A DNA stretch of 64,000 nucleotides. Source: a virus (Duplodnaviria > Caudoviricetes). The translations under genes and the position numbers were made by a program. Below are positions 9,279-18,285 of this stretch, piece after piece. The notes beneath the pieces are model-generated. The model was not told the origin of the DNA, made no database searches, and was given only the letters and a program-made list of their open reading frames with translations. The DNA lies in IMG/VR virus record IMGVR_UViG_3300025066_000012, positions 1 through 64,000 of that record; one strand, given 5' to 3'. Position 1 is the first letter of the stretch; each line of letters begins with the position of its first letter.

Positions 9279-10703
9279 TTACTTTTTAACCTTCCCAAAG
9301 TCTTTCGACATAACTCTGGAGGCAAGAGATTTGCCCTTTATTTTTGTTGGCTTAAATCGCTTTCCTTTCGGATCTTTTAGATATCCACCGCCGATAACTA
9401 AATCCGCAGGAGTAAACGAAACACTCGCTCCGCTTGGAGATACGGTTTTATATAGCGGAGTAGTCGTTCCTACGCTAGACTGCTTTTTCAGCATATCTGG
9501 CAACTCAATATCCTCAGCTAAAACTTCCTTTCTATCTCTCATTTTATCTGAAATACTAAATATTACCTCTTCATTTAACTTTCGCGCAGTCTCTATTGCT
9601 GATTTTCTTATCTTAACTCTTAAGAGATCTGATTCCTCAAATTTGTAAATATCAAAAGAAAAGTCACTATTAAAATCGAAACTATCAGCCACTTCTACGC
9701 TTCCTTTCTTGATCACATACTGCATAAGAGCCCGGGGGTCATAAGGGAGAGAGCTTTCATTAAATTTAATTCCAAAAAAAAGATCAGATTTCAGCGGATT
9801 ATCTACCTTTAATATTGGCTGGAATACAGTTTGTCCAATCCTTCCCTGATGACTATTAACTCCTTCTAAAGAAATTAATCCCTCAATATTAAGGCCTTTG
9901 AAATCTTCAGATGGCAGCCCCCTTTTAGTCGGAGCATCCCCTTTGTCTGTAGGCGATTTCTTGGAATCACCAGCTTCACCGTCAGGGATTCTTGATGACC
10001 TTATTTTCTGAACCCTTACATCTACGGCATACCCTTCAAATGCCTTAACAAAATCTTGAAGCGCATTAATTGCTCGATAAAGATTCTTTAGATTAAATTC
10101 TGACTCTTCAATTTCGACTTCAATATATTTATTTTCTATATCTTTAAACAAATAATGAATAATTGGAATTATTTTATTTAAAATAATATATGAGGGACTC
10201 CATTTGAAGAATTGTGAACCCATTTCGTTAGAGGCATTTAGCTTATCAGAATACTCTACGAGCTCCGCCTTATTGACATTTTCCTTCAAAGATTCCAGCT
10301 CTTCTTTGTTTTCCGCCTCGATTACCTCTTTGAATAATTTAAAATTTCTTGTTATAACAGTCTGTATTTCATTTATGATTGTTCCAAATTCCCCTTTTGC
10401 GTCTCTATTATAATCGCTATTATATTTATTAATAATATCTCTTTTAGATTTTATTCTTGAAATAAGTTTTCTTCCTCCAAGAAAGCCTTCTCGCTCCGCT
10501 CTTCTTATTGCTGATTTAATCATAATCAGGCCTGACTTAAGATCTCGCGCTCTATCTGCTGGATCTACTTTTGGAGTATTATTTGTACTTGTAGTGTCAT
10601 TTGTACTTATCGGCTTAGGAGCAGGCTCCGAGACCGCCGCATCAGTCATGCCGGCCCCTTCACTCTCTTCGGCCTCTTCAGCTTCATTGCTATATTTTAT
10701 CAT
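9279..10703 (-). CDS. Hypothetical protein downstream of the portal
   Basis: 474-aa ORF starting directly after the portal stop codon (1-nt gap). Confidence 0.8.
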   Translation of the reverse strand: MIKYSNEAEEAEESEGAGMTDAAVSEPAPKPISTNDTTSTNNTPKVDPADRARDLKSGLIMIKSAIRRAEREGFLGGRKLISRIKSKRDIINKYNSDYNRDAKGEFGTIINEIQTVITRNFKLFKEVIEAENKEELESLKENVNKAELVEYSDKLNASNEMGSQFFKWSPSYIILNKIIPIIHYLFKDIENKYIEVEIEESEFNLKNLYRAINALQDFVKAFEGYAVDVRVQKIRSSRIPDGEAGDSKKSPTDKGDAPTKRGLPSEDFKGLNIEGLISLEGVNSHQGRIGQTVFQPILKVDNPLKSDLFFGIKFNESSLPYDPRALMQYVIKKGSVEVADSFDFNSDFSFDIYKFEESDLLRVKIRKSAIETARKLNEEVIFSISDKMRDRKEVLAEDIELPDMLKKQSSVGTTTPLYKTVSPSGASVSFTPADLVIGGGYLKDPKGKRFKPTKIKGKSLASRVMSKDFGKVKK

Positions 10704-10704
10704 G

Positions 10705-13626
10705 CTACATCACCTCTCCGCCAGATGGCATTCCGCCCATTTCCGGTGGCATTCCGCCCATTTCCGGTGGCATTCCGCCATCTTCAACCCCCGGAAGCCC
10801 ACCTTCCGCCGCAGGACCGCCTGCTGCACCGGGCGGCTCAGTGATTGATTTAGACGGGTCAAGGCTCAATAGCTCCGTCAGCTTCATGTTGCCAAGAACC
10901 TGTTGTTCTTTTGCAAAAATTTGATTATCAATCATTTCTTCGCGAATTCTTCGTCTCTCTTCCTCATAACTCAGTCCAAGGCTTCGGTGTAGAGTCTGTA
11001 AGGATACCTGCTGGTTTCCAACAAACTGCCCAACTGATGTGATGAAGTCAGCCATATCATAAAGGTTCATATGGTTGAAGTCAATTGATGGAACCAAGAG
11101 TCTCTTTTCTCCATCGACATATTCGAAGAAATCTTGTATCTCACAGATGGGAGCAAAAATCTTTCGCTCTAGCCATTTCTTGATCATATTTCTAAAGATA
11201 TCATATCTCTGCCTTAAAACCTCAAGGCCAACAGACGAAGATGCGTACGTCGCACTTTCCTGATCCATTAATGACTTCGGAGTCATTAGGCCTGCATAAA
11301 GATTCGTAACAATATGTTCAATATCAGCGGCGGTATCCAGGGTGGCTCCGGAGAATCCGGCTCTTTCAATTTTTACCCCATTATGGGTAACGATTTTAAA
11401 ATCTTTATCATACTGAGCTTCTTCTAATAGATTTTTAAAAGCCTCAATGTCAGCTTGAGTTGGGCGATAATCGCCTTCTCCGCCGAGAGTCACTAGGGTT
11501 AATGGATTTATCATTCCATCCGCCTGGGCAAATTTAGATTCTCTCAATTTATCATAAAGCATGAGATCTTTATAAACGGAGACAACAATCGATGTCCCAC
11601 GAACATCGTATGGTGAGCTTAAAAGCTTTAAGTGTGAAACATTGAAGGCATCCAATGGTATATTCTGGCCCCTTCTCACATAATTGAGAATATGTTTTGG
11701 AATAAACTTCCTCATTGAAAGATCCGATGGAGCGGTAGAGTTTACTAGCCTCTGCAATGTTGCGTCTGGCCTCAAAGAAATCATTGTATGATTTCCAACT
11801 ACAGTCTTCTTTACATGTGCATAATCGGGATTAAGAATTGTGATCCGACTCCAAGTTCCTTGATTCTCATCAAGCTCTGCGTATGGGAAGCAGTTGTGAA
11901 CCGCAATGCCATTTGCGACATAAGAGTGGTCATCTTCAACCTCTATATCATACATGAAATCGTCTTCAAATGTTTCGGTTATGTCTTCAATGTTGGTGAT
12001 TTTTAAGATTTGCCAATTATTATGGATAGCACTCCTTGAGGCTGACCACTTAGTTTTAAATAACTCTTCGTTTTTTGGAGATAGTAATCTTCCATGAAAA
12101 AGATCATAAGCCTCATTCGCTATAATTTTAATTCGATAATTAAGCCTTCCTTCTTTACCATTATGTTTTGCTATCGCCTTTGAAATAGTCGGATTTGCCC
12201 CGGCTCTTCGTAGCATTAGACAGAATTGATTTGCCATATCCTCAGAAGAGGTAGATAGAATTAGCTGCCCATTATCCTTGTCAATACAGCCGTCTCCATC
12301 TGCAAATCCTGCCAGAATTTCAAGCTGCTTATCAACGGGCAGATCCATTATCATTTGACTGAAAACCTTCTTGTAAGAATATTCTCCGCAGTTTTTCATG
12401 AAGAACTCGGCAAGCTCAGGGCCTCCGCGCTTATCCGCTTCAAACTGGTAATCATATTTCACTTTATCATCAAGCTTATCTTGAGTAAAGGTAGATCCGG
12501 TAAGACCGCAATTTACATAGCCCTCCAGCTTTAAGGCTACCTTTTTAATCAGGCTTTTATCATAGTTCGAGAATTTAATACCATTATATTTCGTGTAATT
12601 CTTCCTAGCAGCCTTAGCATAGCAGCCTTCTGCGGCCCAGAATCCCATTACATAACATAAATCTTTAGTAATGTCGTCTATATCATTTTCTATCTTAGAG
12701 AATGGAGAATAAGCAGCGTCACCAACAGAGACTCTATTGGCGAATACAAAATCTGGGACAACAGATGATGTATCCATTTTCTTTCTACAATTTGAGCACT
12801 GAGTTTTCCCTGGAAGAATTCGAATATTTTTCTTCTTACAAGATGGCGTAGTACACATATACTCTTCTTTCGCAGCAGTAAGCATAGGGTGCCTTCCGCT
12901 TATTATAAGAGGCTCATGCAGTCCCAATACTGTTACCTTATGCACCTTGAGGTGCTCTTCGATTACAGTATTGGTTGGCTTTTTAAATAAGTTTAAAACC
13001 TTCTTTGTATTTCCCAGGTGAGTTATAACTTCGTCTCCGATTTTCACATCAGAAATCTTTTTAAGAGAACCATCTGACATGGCTAACATACTGTTTTTAC
13101 TCAGCTTTTCACCCATTTTCCAGAACTCCAAGGCTGCTCCGTATACAACAGAGTATAGGTCAATCTTTTCCGCCATTTCCATGAAAAACTGCTGTACTTT
13201 TTTATTCTTACATGTAATGTTTATTTTGCTAATTGGATATGAGGCATGAAGGTTTATTGCGTTTCTAACGATTGGATGTGTATCATAAAACACACGATTC
13301 CATGCGTTCATAGTGACGCGATCTCTAGGTAAGTTTAGATTCGCAAGCTGGAATAATGGAGAATATATCTCTGGAGACATTCTGTCTGAAGAGGCAGAGG
13401 TAGTCGGTCCCGGCATGGGAGAAGCTATGGATCCTCTCTTTATAAGATCTATACTTCTTTTTCTAAATCCAGGACTATGAGCTATAGAGCCAGATAGGGT
13501 TGAGTTCTCTAGATTGTCCATATCCTTATTTGCTGCATCGGAAATCTGAGCTCTTCTTACTTCAGATATTGATTCGGCAGACTTTTTAGTCAATACGGTT
13601 GGAGGTCGATTTATTCTTCTAGTCAT
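10705..13626 (-). CDS. Phage portal protein with an in-frame LAGLIDADG intein
   Basis: Directly downstream of the terminase. Portal-like motifs (FYDTHPIVRNAINLHASYP, ITILNPD, SPYDVRGTS). Removing the intein restores EFWKMGE|CFPYAEL and gives a 568-aa product. Confidence 0.8.
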   Translation of the reverse strand: MTRRINRPPTVLTKKSAESISEVRRAQISDAANKDMDNLENSTLSGSIAHSPGFRKRSIDLIKRGSIASPMPGPTTSASSDRMSPEIYSPLFQLANLNLPRDRVTMNAWNRVFYDTHPIVRNAINLHASYPISKINITCKNKKVQQFFMEMAEKIDLYSVVYGAALEFWKMGEKLSKNSMLAMSDGSLKKISDVKIGDEVITHLGNTKKVLNLFKKPTNTVIEEHLKVHKVTVLGLHEPLIISGRHPMLTAAKEEYMCTTPSCKKKNIRILPGKTQCSNCRKKMDTSSVVPDFVFANRVSVGDAAYSPFSKIENDIDDITKDLCYVMGFWAAEGCYAKAARKNYTKYNGIKFSNYDKSLIKKVALKLEGYVNCGLTGSTFTQDKLDDKVKYDYQFEADKRGGPELAEFFMKNCGEYSYKKVFSQMIMDLPVDKQLEILAGFADGDGCIDKDNGQLILSTSSEDMANQFCLMLRRAGANPTISKAIAKHNGKEGRLNYRIKIIANEAYDLFHGRLLSPKNEELFKTKWSASRSAIHNNWQILKITNIEDITETFEDDFMYDIEVEDDHSYVANGIAVHNCFPYAELDENQGTWSRITILNPDYAHVKKTVVGNHTMISLRPDATLQRLVNSTAPSDLSMRKFIPKHILNYVRRGQNIPLDAFNVSHLKLLSSPYDVRGTSIVVSVYKDLMLYDKLRESKFAQADGMINPLTLVTLGGEGDYRPTQADIEAFKNLLEEAQYDKDFKIVTHNGVKIERAGFSGATLDTAADIEHIVTNLYAGLMTPKSLMDQESATYASSSVGLEVLRQRYDIFRNMIKKWLERKIFAPICEIQDFFEYVDGEKRLLVPSIDFNHMNLYDMADFITSVGQFVGNQQVSLQTLHRSLGLSYEEERRRIREEMIDNQIFAKEQQVLGNMKLTELLSLDPSKSITEPPGAAGGPAAEGGLPGVEDGGMPPEMGGMPPEMGGMPSGGEVM
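11893..13107 (-). mobile_element. 405-aa intein with LAGLIDADG homing endonuclease; non-canonical first residue (Lys)
   Basis: Block A-like KLSKNSMLAMSDGSLKKISDVKIGDEVITH, block B SGRHP, LAGLIDADG motifs MGFWAAEGC and LAGFADGDGC, blocks F/G MYDIEVEDDHSYVANGIAVHN followed by Cys+1. Confidence 0.9.
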
Positions 13627-13628
13627 AA

Positions 13629-15410
13629 TTATATTCTCCTCTTAACGCTTGCTATCACCGATCTCGGATAATCAGACTGCTTTTTCATGCCTGGTTTAAT
13701 AGTAAATCCTTCAGTTAAATCAAATTTATATGCCATATAAGCATACATCAGTGCCATAAATCCATCGTTTGGAGAGTTGCCTTTAACATAAGTTTTCATC
13801 GGTTGTCCTCCAGATATTCTTATCTTTGACTCCATAGAAGTGCAGTGCTCTATTAACCACTCAAAATATTCGTAGCTTTTCCATGGAAATCTAATCTTTC
13901 CCTTTCTAAACAATTCTATTAATTCGTCAATTAATAAATCTTTATTATAAGAAATAATTAGCTCATCCTCTCGATATTTAGTGGGATTTATAAGGCTTCC
14001 GCTTCCCTGAGCGCCGATGAGCTTATCTCCATACATTAATTGTAAACTCGCAACAACGTCTTGGCCAAAGAACCAGTCGGAAACTCCTCTAGTTATTCCG
14101 AACCTTCTATACATTTCTTTTATGGTATCTTTTTTGAATTCAAATGTATTCCTCTTGAGCTTATGAGCATGCTCAATATTTAGCACTCCGTCTTCACCAG
14201 CGGAGATAACAACGACACAAGAGTACGACTGGCCTCCGCTTGAATGGGGATCATCATCTTTTCCGCCCCAGTCAGAGCCAAGATATGTTGGTTTTTCATG
14301 ATGAGCAATAGATTTTGAAAAATATCTATCAGGATCTCTACATAGCTGATAAATCTCAGCTTTAGTTAGCGGAGCACCAGCTCCAGAGTAAAACTCTCCA
14401 AGAACTTCATTCTTCCAAAGTCGCTCAGTCTGTGCTGGATTGTTTTCCGGCATTAATTTTTCTATATTTTCTTTAGAAAAATATGGAATATATAGCTGGT
14501 TTATATGAAAGCCAACAAAGTCGCAATCCGTGCCGGGCCTTGTTGATACCCATTTCCCAAGCTCTATGGCCTCTATCTTTTTCTGTTTTGTTCCACAAAG
14601 TGGGCACTGAATTGTATTTTCATAGAGCCAAATTGATTGCCATCTATTATCTTCCGGAAGATAAAACGGATATGTTTTCTTGCAATTAATGCAGCCCAAA
14701 TGATAATATCTTTGGTCAGATTGATTCCAAGTTGTTTCAAAATGAGTATTCTTATTTTTTGGAGTTCCAAAGTAAACTTGAACGCCTTGACCAATTGGGC
14801 CATACTTTGCGGCCGTTAAAGTTTTATTAGCATTACCTATTGCATGCCCCAGCATTTCTTGAAATTCATCATAAACGGCAACATCAACGGTCATACCACG
14901 AATTCTATCACCGTCCGAGCCAAGACTATCTATCCAAAGAGTTCCTGTGTTGAACTGCTTCATGGTTAAATTATCTACCGCATTTGAGCTCATCAGCTTA
15001 TTTTTGGTGATGAAGTCATCTTTGGCGGTTCTTATTAAGCTTTCTAATTTGTCTTGGGAGAACTTCTTTACCTGACCTAAGGCTGGAAAAAGGTGAAGAA
15101 CTCTAATGTTTGGATCTGTAAAAAGACCGCTATTTGTAAAGTATAAATCAAGAGCGCCAGCCATCATGGTGGCACCGACCTGACGGCCCTTCTTTATGAC
15201 AACCGGCTTTCCATCTGGCCTGGTAGCCTGAAGGGCAATGTACCGATATATATCGGACATAAACTTCCAGCCATTATCCAAAACATTGAATTCGGCTCCA
15301 TCTAAGGTTAGGTTATTTTTTACAAAATGAGATGGGTCAAAGTCGAGGAAATTTGTCTTTAGCTGTTCGAATAGGTCTTGTTCACTCTTTTTAGCCGCCA
15401 TTTTACCCAA
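13629..15410 (-). CDS. Terminase large subunit (GpA-like)
   Basis: Walker A-like KKGRQVGAT, Walker B VAVYDEFQE, FGTP coupling motif, CxxC...CxxC zinc motif, RNase H-like nuclease motif LGSDWGG. Adjacent to the portal. Confidence 0.88.
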   Translation of the reverse strand: MGKMAAKKSEQDLFEQLKTNFLDFDPSHFVKNNLTLDGAEFNVLDNGWKFMSDIYRYIALQATRPDGKPVVIKKGRQVGATMMAGALDLYFTNSGLFTDPNIRVLHLFPALGQVKKFSQDKLESLIRTAKDDFITKNKLMSSNAVDNLTMKQFNTGTLWIDSLGSDGDRIRGMTVDVAVYDEFQEMLGHAIGNANKTLTAAKYGPIGQGVQVYFGTPKNKNTHFETTWNQSDQRYYHLGCINCKKTYPFYLPEDNRWQSIWLYENTIQCPLCGTKQKKIEAIELGKWVSTRPGTDCDFVGFHINQLYIPYFSKENIEKLMPENNPAQTERLWKNEVLGEFYSGAGAPLTKAEIYQLCRDPDRYFSKSIAHHEKPTYLGSDWGGKDDDPHSSGGQSYSCVVVISAGEDGVLNIEHAHKLKRNTFEFKKDTIKEMYRRFGITRGVSDWFFGQDVVASLQLMYGDKLIGAQGSGSLINPTKYREDELIISYNKDLLIDELIELFRKGKIRFPWKSYEYFEWLIEHCTSMESKIRISGGQPMKTYVKGNSPNDGFMALMYAYMAYKFDLTEGFTIKPGMKKQSDYPRSVIASVKRRI

Positions 15411-15999
15411 TAGAAGGATCTGCGTGCGATATATATTCCGCTATCTCGTTGGCACTTTCTTCCTCCGAGGAGTCTTCTGGTATATATTTTACTTCGTCTC
15501 TAGAGCTTTTATCGCCTATAATTTTTTGGACTAAAGCTTTAAACTTTTTATCATCTATTAAGCTTTCAGCTCTTTGAAATTCAAGCGTTGGATGCTGCCG
15601 GCAATGTGTCATTATTCCGAGCAACCCAACGTCACCCCTATCTTTCGCAAAATCTTTTATATAAGTTATGATTGCCTCTAGTAACCTGAAGAGCTCTGAG
15701 TTGCACTCTCGACATTTATTTCTTTCGCAAGAGCATCCTTCGCTTTCAGAAGATGTATCTTTAGCTACCTTCGCTTGCTCCGGATCGCTCATATCTTTTA
15801 TCAAGTTAAATCCGGCTCTAGTTTTCATATCTGCCATCTTTTCATCAATACTTGAAAAATCTTGCCGCTTTTTGATAATTGTTTTTAAATTATCTAAATA
15901 ATCAGCATTCTTTTCTAGGTTTTTTGAAAAATCATCAAGCCAGCCTGCTTTAGACTCGGAGCTATAATCTTCGGTTATATTTTGTCGATTTATTTTCAT
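15403..15999 (-). CDS. Hypothetical protein
   Basis: 198-aa ORF in the operon, with a small Cys cluster. Confidence 0.75.
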   Translation of the reverse strand: MKINRQNITEDYSSESKAGWLDDFSKNLEKNADYLDNLKTIIKKRQDFSSIDEKMADMKTRAGFNLIKDMSDPEQAKVAKDTSSESEGCSCERNKCRECNSELFRLLEAIITYIKDFAKDRGDVGLLGIMTHCRQHPTLEFQRAESLIDDKKFKALVQKIIGDKSSRDEVKYIPEDSSEEESANEIAEYISHADPSIG

Positions 16000-16005
16000 T
16001 ATATA

Positions 16006-17025
16006 TTACGCAAAATAATTCTTTAAGAAATCCACGCCGCCCTTGCCTTCTTCGTCGTTTAGCTCCTCAGAGTATGTTCCTCTGTCTTTAAAGATTGGGA
16101 ATCCGCTATCCATGCAAATCTGCATCATTGCTAACTCTTCCCTCTCGGTAAGGTCATACTTTTTCTTTAAAAATTCATATACGTCTTCTATCGGGTGACC
16201 GCCAGAGATATGCGCGTTAACCATCATTCCGGTAATTGCGCGCTCAAACGGAGTCATTGTGATAACAATATTGTTCGGCGTCCGAGCCTCTTTAACAAGC
16301 TCATTATACTCTACTGACTCTCCAGAGGGCTTTGCCCAAGTCGGCGGGAGCTTTGCGGCAGCCTGCTTCGCTTGGGCTTCTTTTAATTTTTTCTTAAGCT
16401 TATTTAAATGATCCTTAAGAACCATTGTATCGCGAATAATGTTTACGCGAACATCCTCAAGCGCCTGAATATCAAGGGCATTGTCACGATCATCTCTGAT
16501 TGCTCTAGAAATATCACTATTAACTCTATCCAAAAAGCTAAGAGCCCTCTCACATCCAACGGTAGTTCTTCCGTCATGCTGCGGGATTTTGCCAGGATAT
16601 TGATCAGAGATATATTCCATAAACTTAGTTAGGTCACCATCATTTTCATAATCGGTTTCTTTCTCTTCTACGTCGTCCTCTAGCTCTTCAGCTCTAACGT
16701 CAGATCCAGGTAGAAGATCTCCAAGCGTAACATCTCCAAAGTCCTCTATAAGCTCCGTTACGTCCTCATCTAGTGATTCTAGCTCTTCTGAAAGACTGCC
16801 GAAACTCTCGTCACCCTCAGCCATTGGCTCCAAAACTTCTTTTAAAGTTTTGCTTAGGTCATCTTCACTCGGCGCATCATCTAGAGAGACTATAGCTCCG
16901 ATTAAGCCTTCGGGGCCTTCCTGAACCTCTTCTGAGAAGAATGTTTCATCAGCCTCATCATATATATATGACTCCATTGGCCTAGCTGCCTCTTTGAAAA
17001 TTATTTGCTCTACTTGCTTAGACAT
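16006..17025 (-). CDS. Hypothetical acidic head-region protein
   Basis: 339-aa ORF with GGAG SD and K-x-A motifs (FKEAA, AKQAA, VKEAR). Confidence 0.8.
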   Translation of the reverse strand: MSKQVEQIIFKEAARPMESYIYDEADETFFSEEVQEGPEGLIGAIVSLDDAPSEDDLSKTLKEVLEPMAEGDESFGSLSEELESLDEDVTELIEDFGDVTLGDLLPGSDVRAEELEDDVEEKETDYENDGDLTKFMEYISDQYPGKIPQHDGRTTVGCERALSFLDRVNSDISRAIRDDRDNALDIQALEDVRVNIIRDTMVLKDHLNKLKKKLKEAQAKQAAAKLPPTWAKPSGESVEYNELVKEARTPNNIVITMTPFERAITGMMVNAHISGGHPIEDVYEFLKKKYDLTEREELAMMQICMDSGFPIFKDRGTYSEELNDEEGKGGVDFLKNYFA

Positions 17026-17033
17026 ATTTTCTC

Positions 17034-17468
17034 CTATCCTATAAGGCTGTATATACCGTAATATATATTTCTACTTTCATTATTGTCTGAATACTGATCT
17101 AGCGGATATCCATATTGTGCTTCTGGCATATTACCAATCATAGTGTGTGGGTACAGTGGGCTTCCGGTTAATCCAGCGCCAGAGCCGGCAGGAAGTCTAT
17201 CTTGGTTCTCGTCAAACTTACAATCAACTGCGCCTTTCTCCTCAAAAATTCTATCAGCAAAGGGGCATTTGTGTTTTTCTTCCGTCAGAAACATTAGATC
17301 CATATTTTTCTCTATAATTTCGTCGCGATCCTCTTTGGTTTCAGCCAAATCAACAAGAGTCATATCCCTTATAATACTGCTTCCATTTTCTTTTACAAAC
17401 CCAATGCTTCCACAGCCTTCGGCTATTGGAAGCCCAAACGGACATTGATGAATGTTTCCTCTGATCAT
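17034..17468 (-). CDS. Hypothetical protein with Cys motifs (CPFG...C, CPFA...C)
   Basis: 144-aa ORF with AGGA SD. Confidence 0.75.
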   Translation of the reverse strand: MIRGNIHQCPFGLPIAEGCGSIGFVKENGSSIIRDMTLVDLAETKEDRDEIIEKNMDLMFLTEEKHKCPFADRIFEEKGAVDCKFDENQDRLPAGSGAGLTGSPLYPHTMIGNMPEAQYGYPLDQYSDNNESRNIYYGIYSLIG

Positions 17469-17502
17469 TTATATTCCTATTGTTTTAATAATATTAGTAA
17501 AA

Positions 17503-18279
17503 TTAAATATTATCTAGATAATGTTTAACCATCTTTCTTTTTATTAACTCATCTTTGAAGGCTCCAACCATTGGAACCAGAGTTAAAAGGTTTGTTTCTA
17601 ATAGATATTTAATTGTAATATCCGAATTAGCATCAAGGGACTTTGCCATAATCGAAGTTATAGCCGCCGGCTTAACAAATAACGATCCATCTAGCTTGAA
17701 GTTATCTTTATTTAATTTTATATAAGATATTATTTCTTCATCAATTTTAAATCCCAAACGAGCGGCAAAGCTAATTGCACGAAAAGCTCTTCTCGGATCA
17801 TCGCTGATAGTTATCTCGGATGGAACGCAAGTTTTTATTATTCCTTCTCTCAGATCATTTAACCCAGCTTCAGTTGGATCATAAAACTCTTTCGTTTCTA
17901 GATCTATATGAATAGTGTTTATAGTAAAGTCCCTACTATATACTTCATACAAGGACACATCCTTGATATTAAGATTTTTATCTATATACTTAACCGCTCT
18001 TTCTGAAATAAAATTGCTAGAAAAATCAAGAATATATTCGTCAAGATATACGGAAATATGTCCATCCGGAAATAGCCTAAATAGCTCATCAAATGTATAT
18101 GCGGCGGTTATAGCAAAGCGAGTTGTGTCGGAGCCGTTGGTAGTTAGGTCTATATCAGAGAGGCCATCGGGCGCTCCCAGCGCCATATCTCTTGGGATTC
18201 CGCCAACCAAATATGGTCGAGAAATATGATTCTCTCTGCAAATAGTCAGAAGTTGACTATAAAGACTTTCTAGCTCCAT
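17503..18279 (-). CDS. CCA-adding enzyme / poly(A) polymerase family (class II) nucleotidyltransferase
   Basis: Motifs YLVGGIPRD, DIDLT, SRDFTIN and DDPRRAFRAISFAARLGF. At 258 aa it has head and neck but no long tail. Confidence 0.85.
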   Translation of the reverse strand: MELESLYSQLLTICRENHISRPYLVGGIPRDMALGAPDGLSDIDLTTNGSDTTRFAITAAYTFDELFRLFPDGHISVYLDEYILDFSSNFISERAVKYIDKNLNIKDVSLYEVYSRDFTINTIHIDLETKEFYDPTEAGLNDLREGIIKTCVPSEITISDDPRRAFRAISFAARLGFKIDEEIISYIKLNKDNFKLDGSLFVKPAAITSIMAKSLDANSDITIKYLLETNLLTLVPMVGAFKDELIKRKMVKHYLDNI

Positions 18280-18285
18280 AGAATT

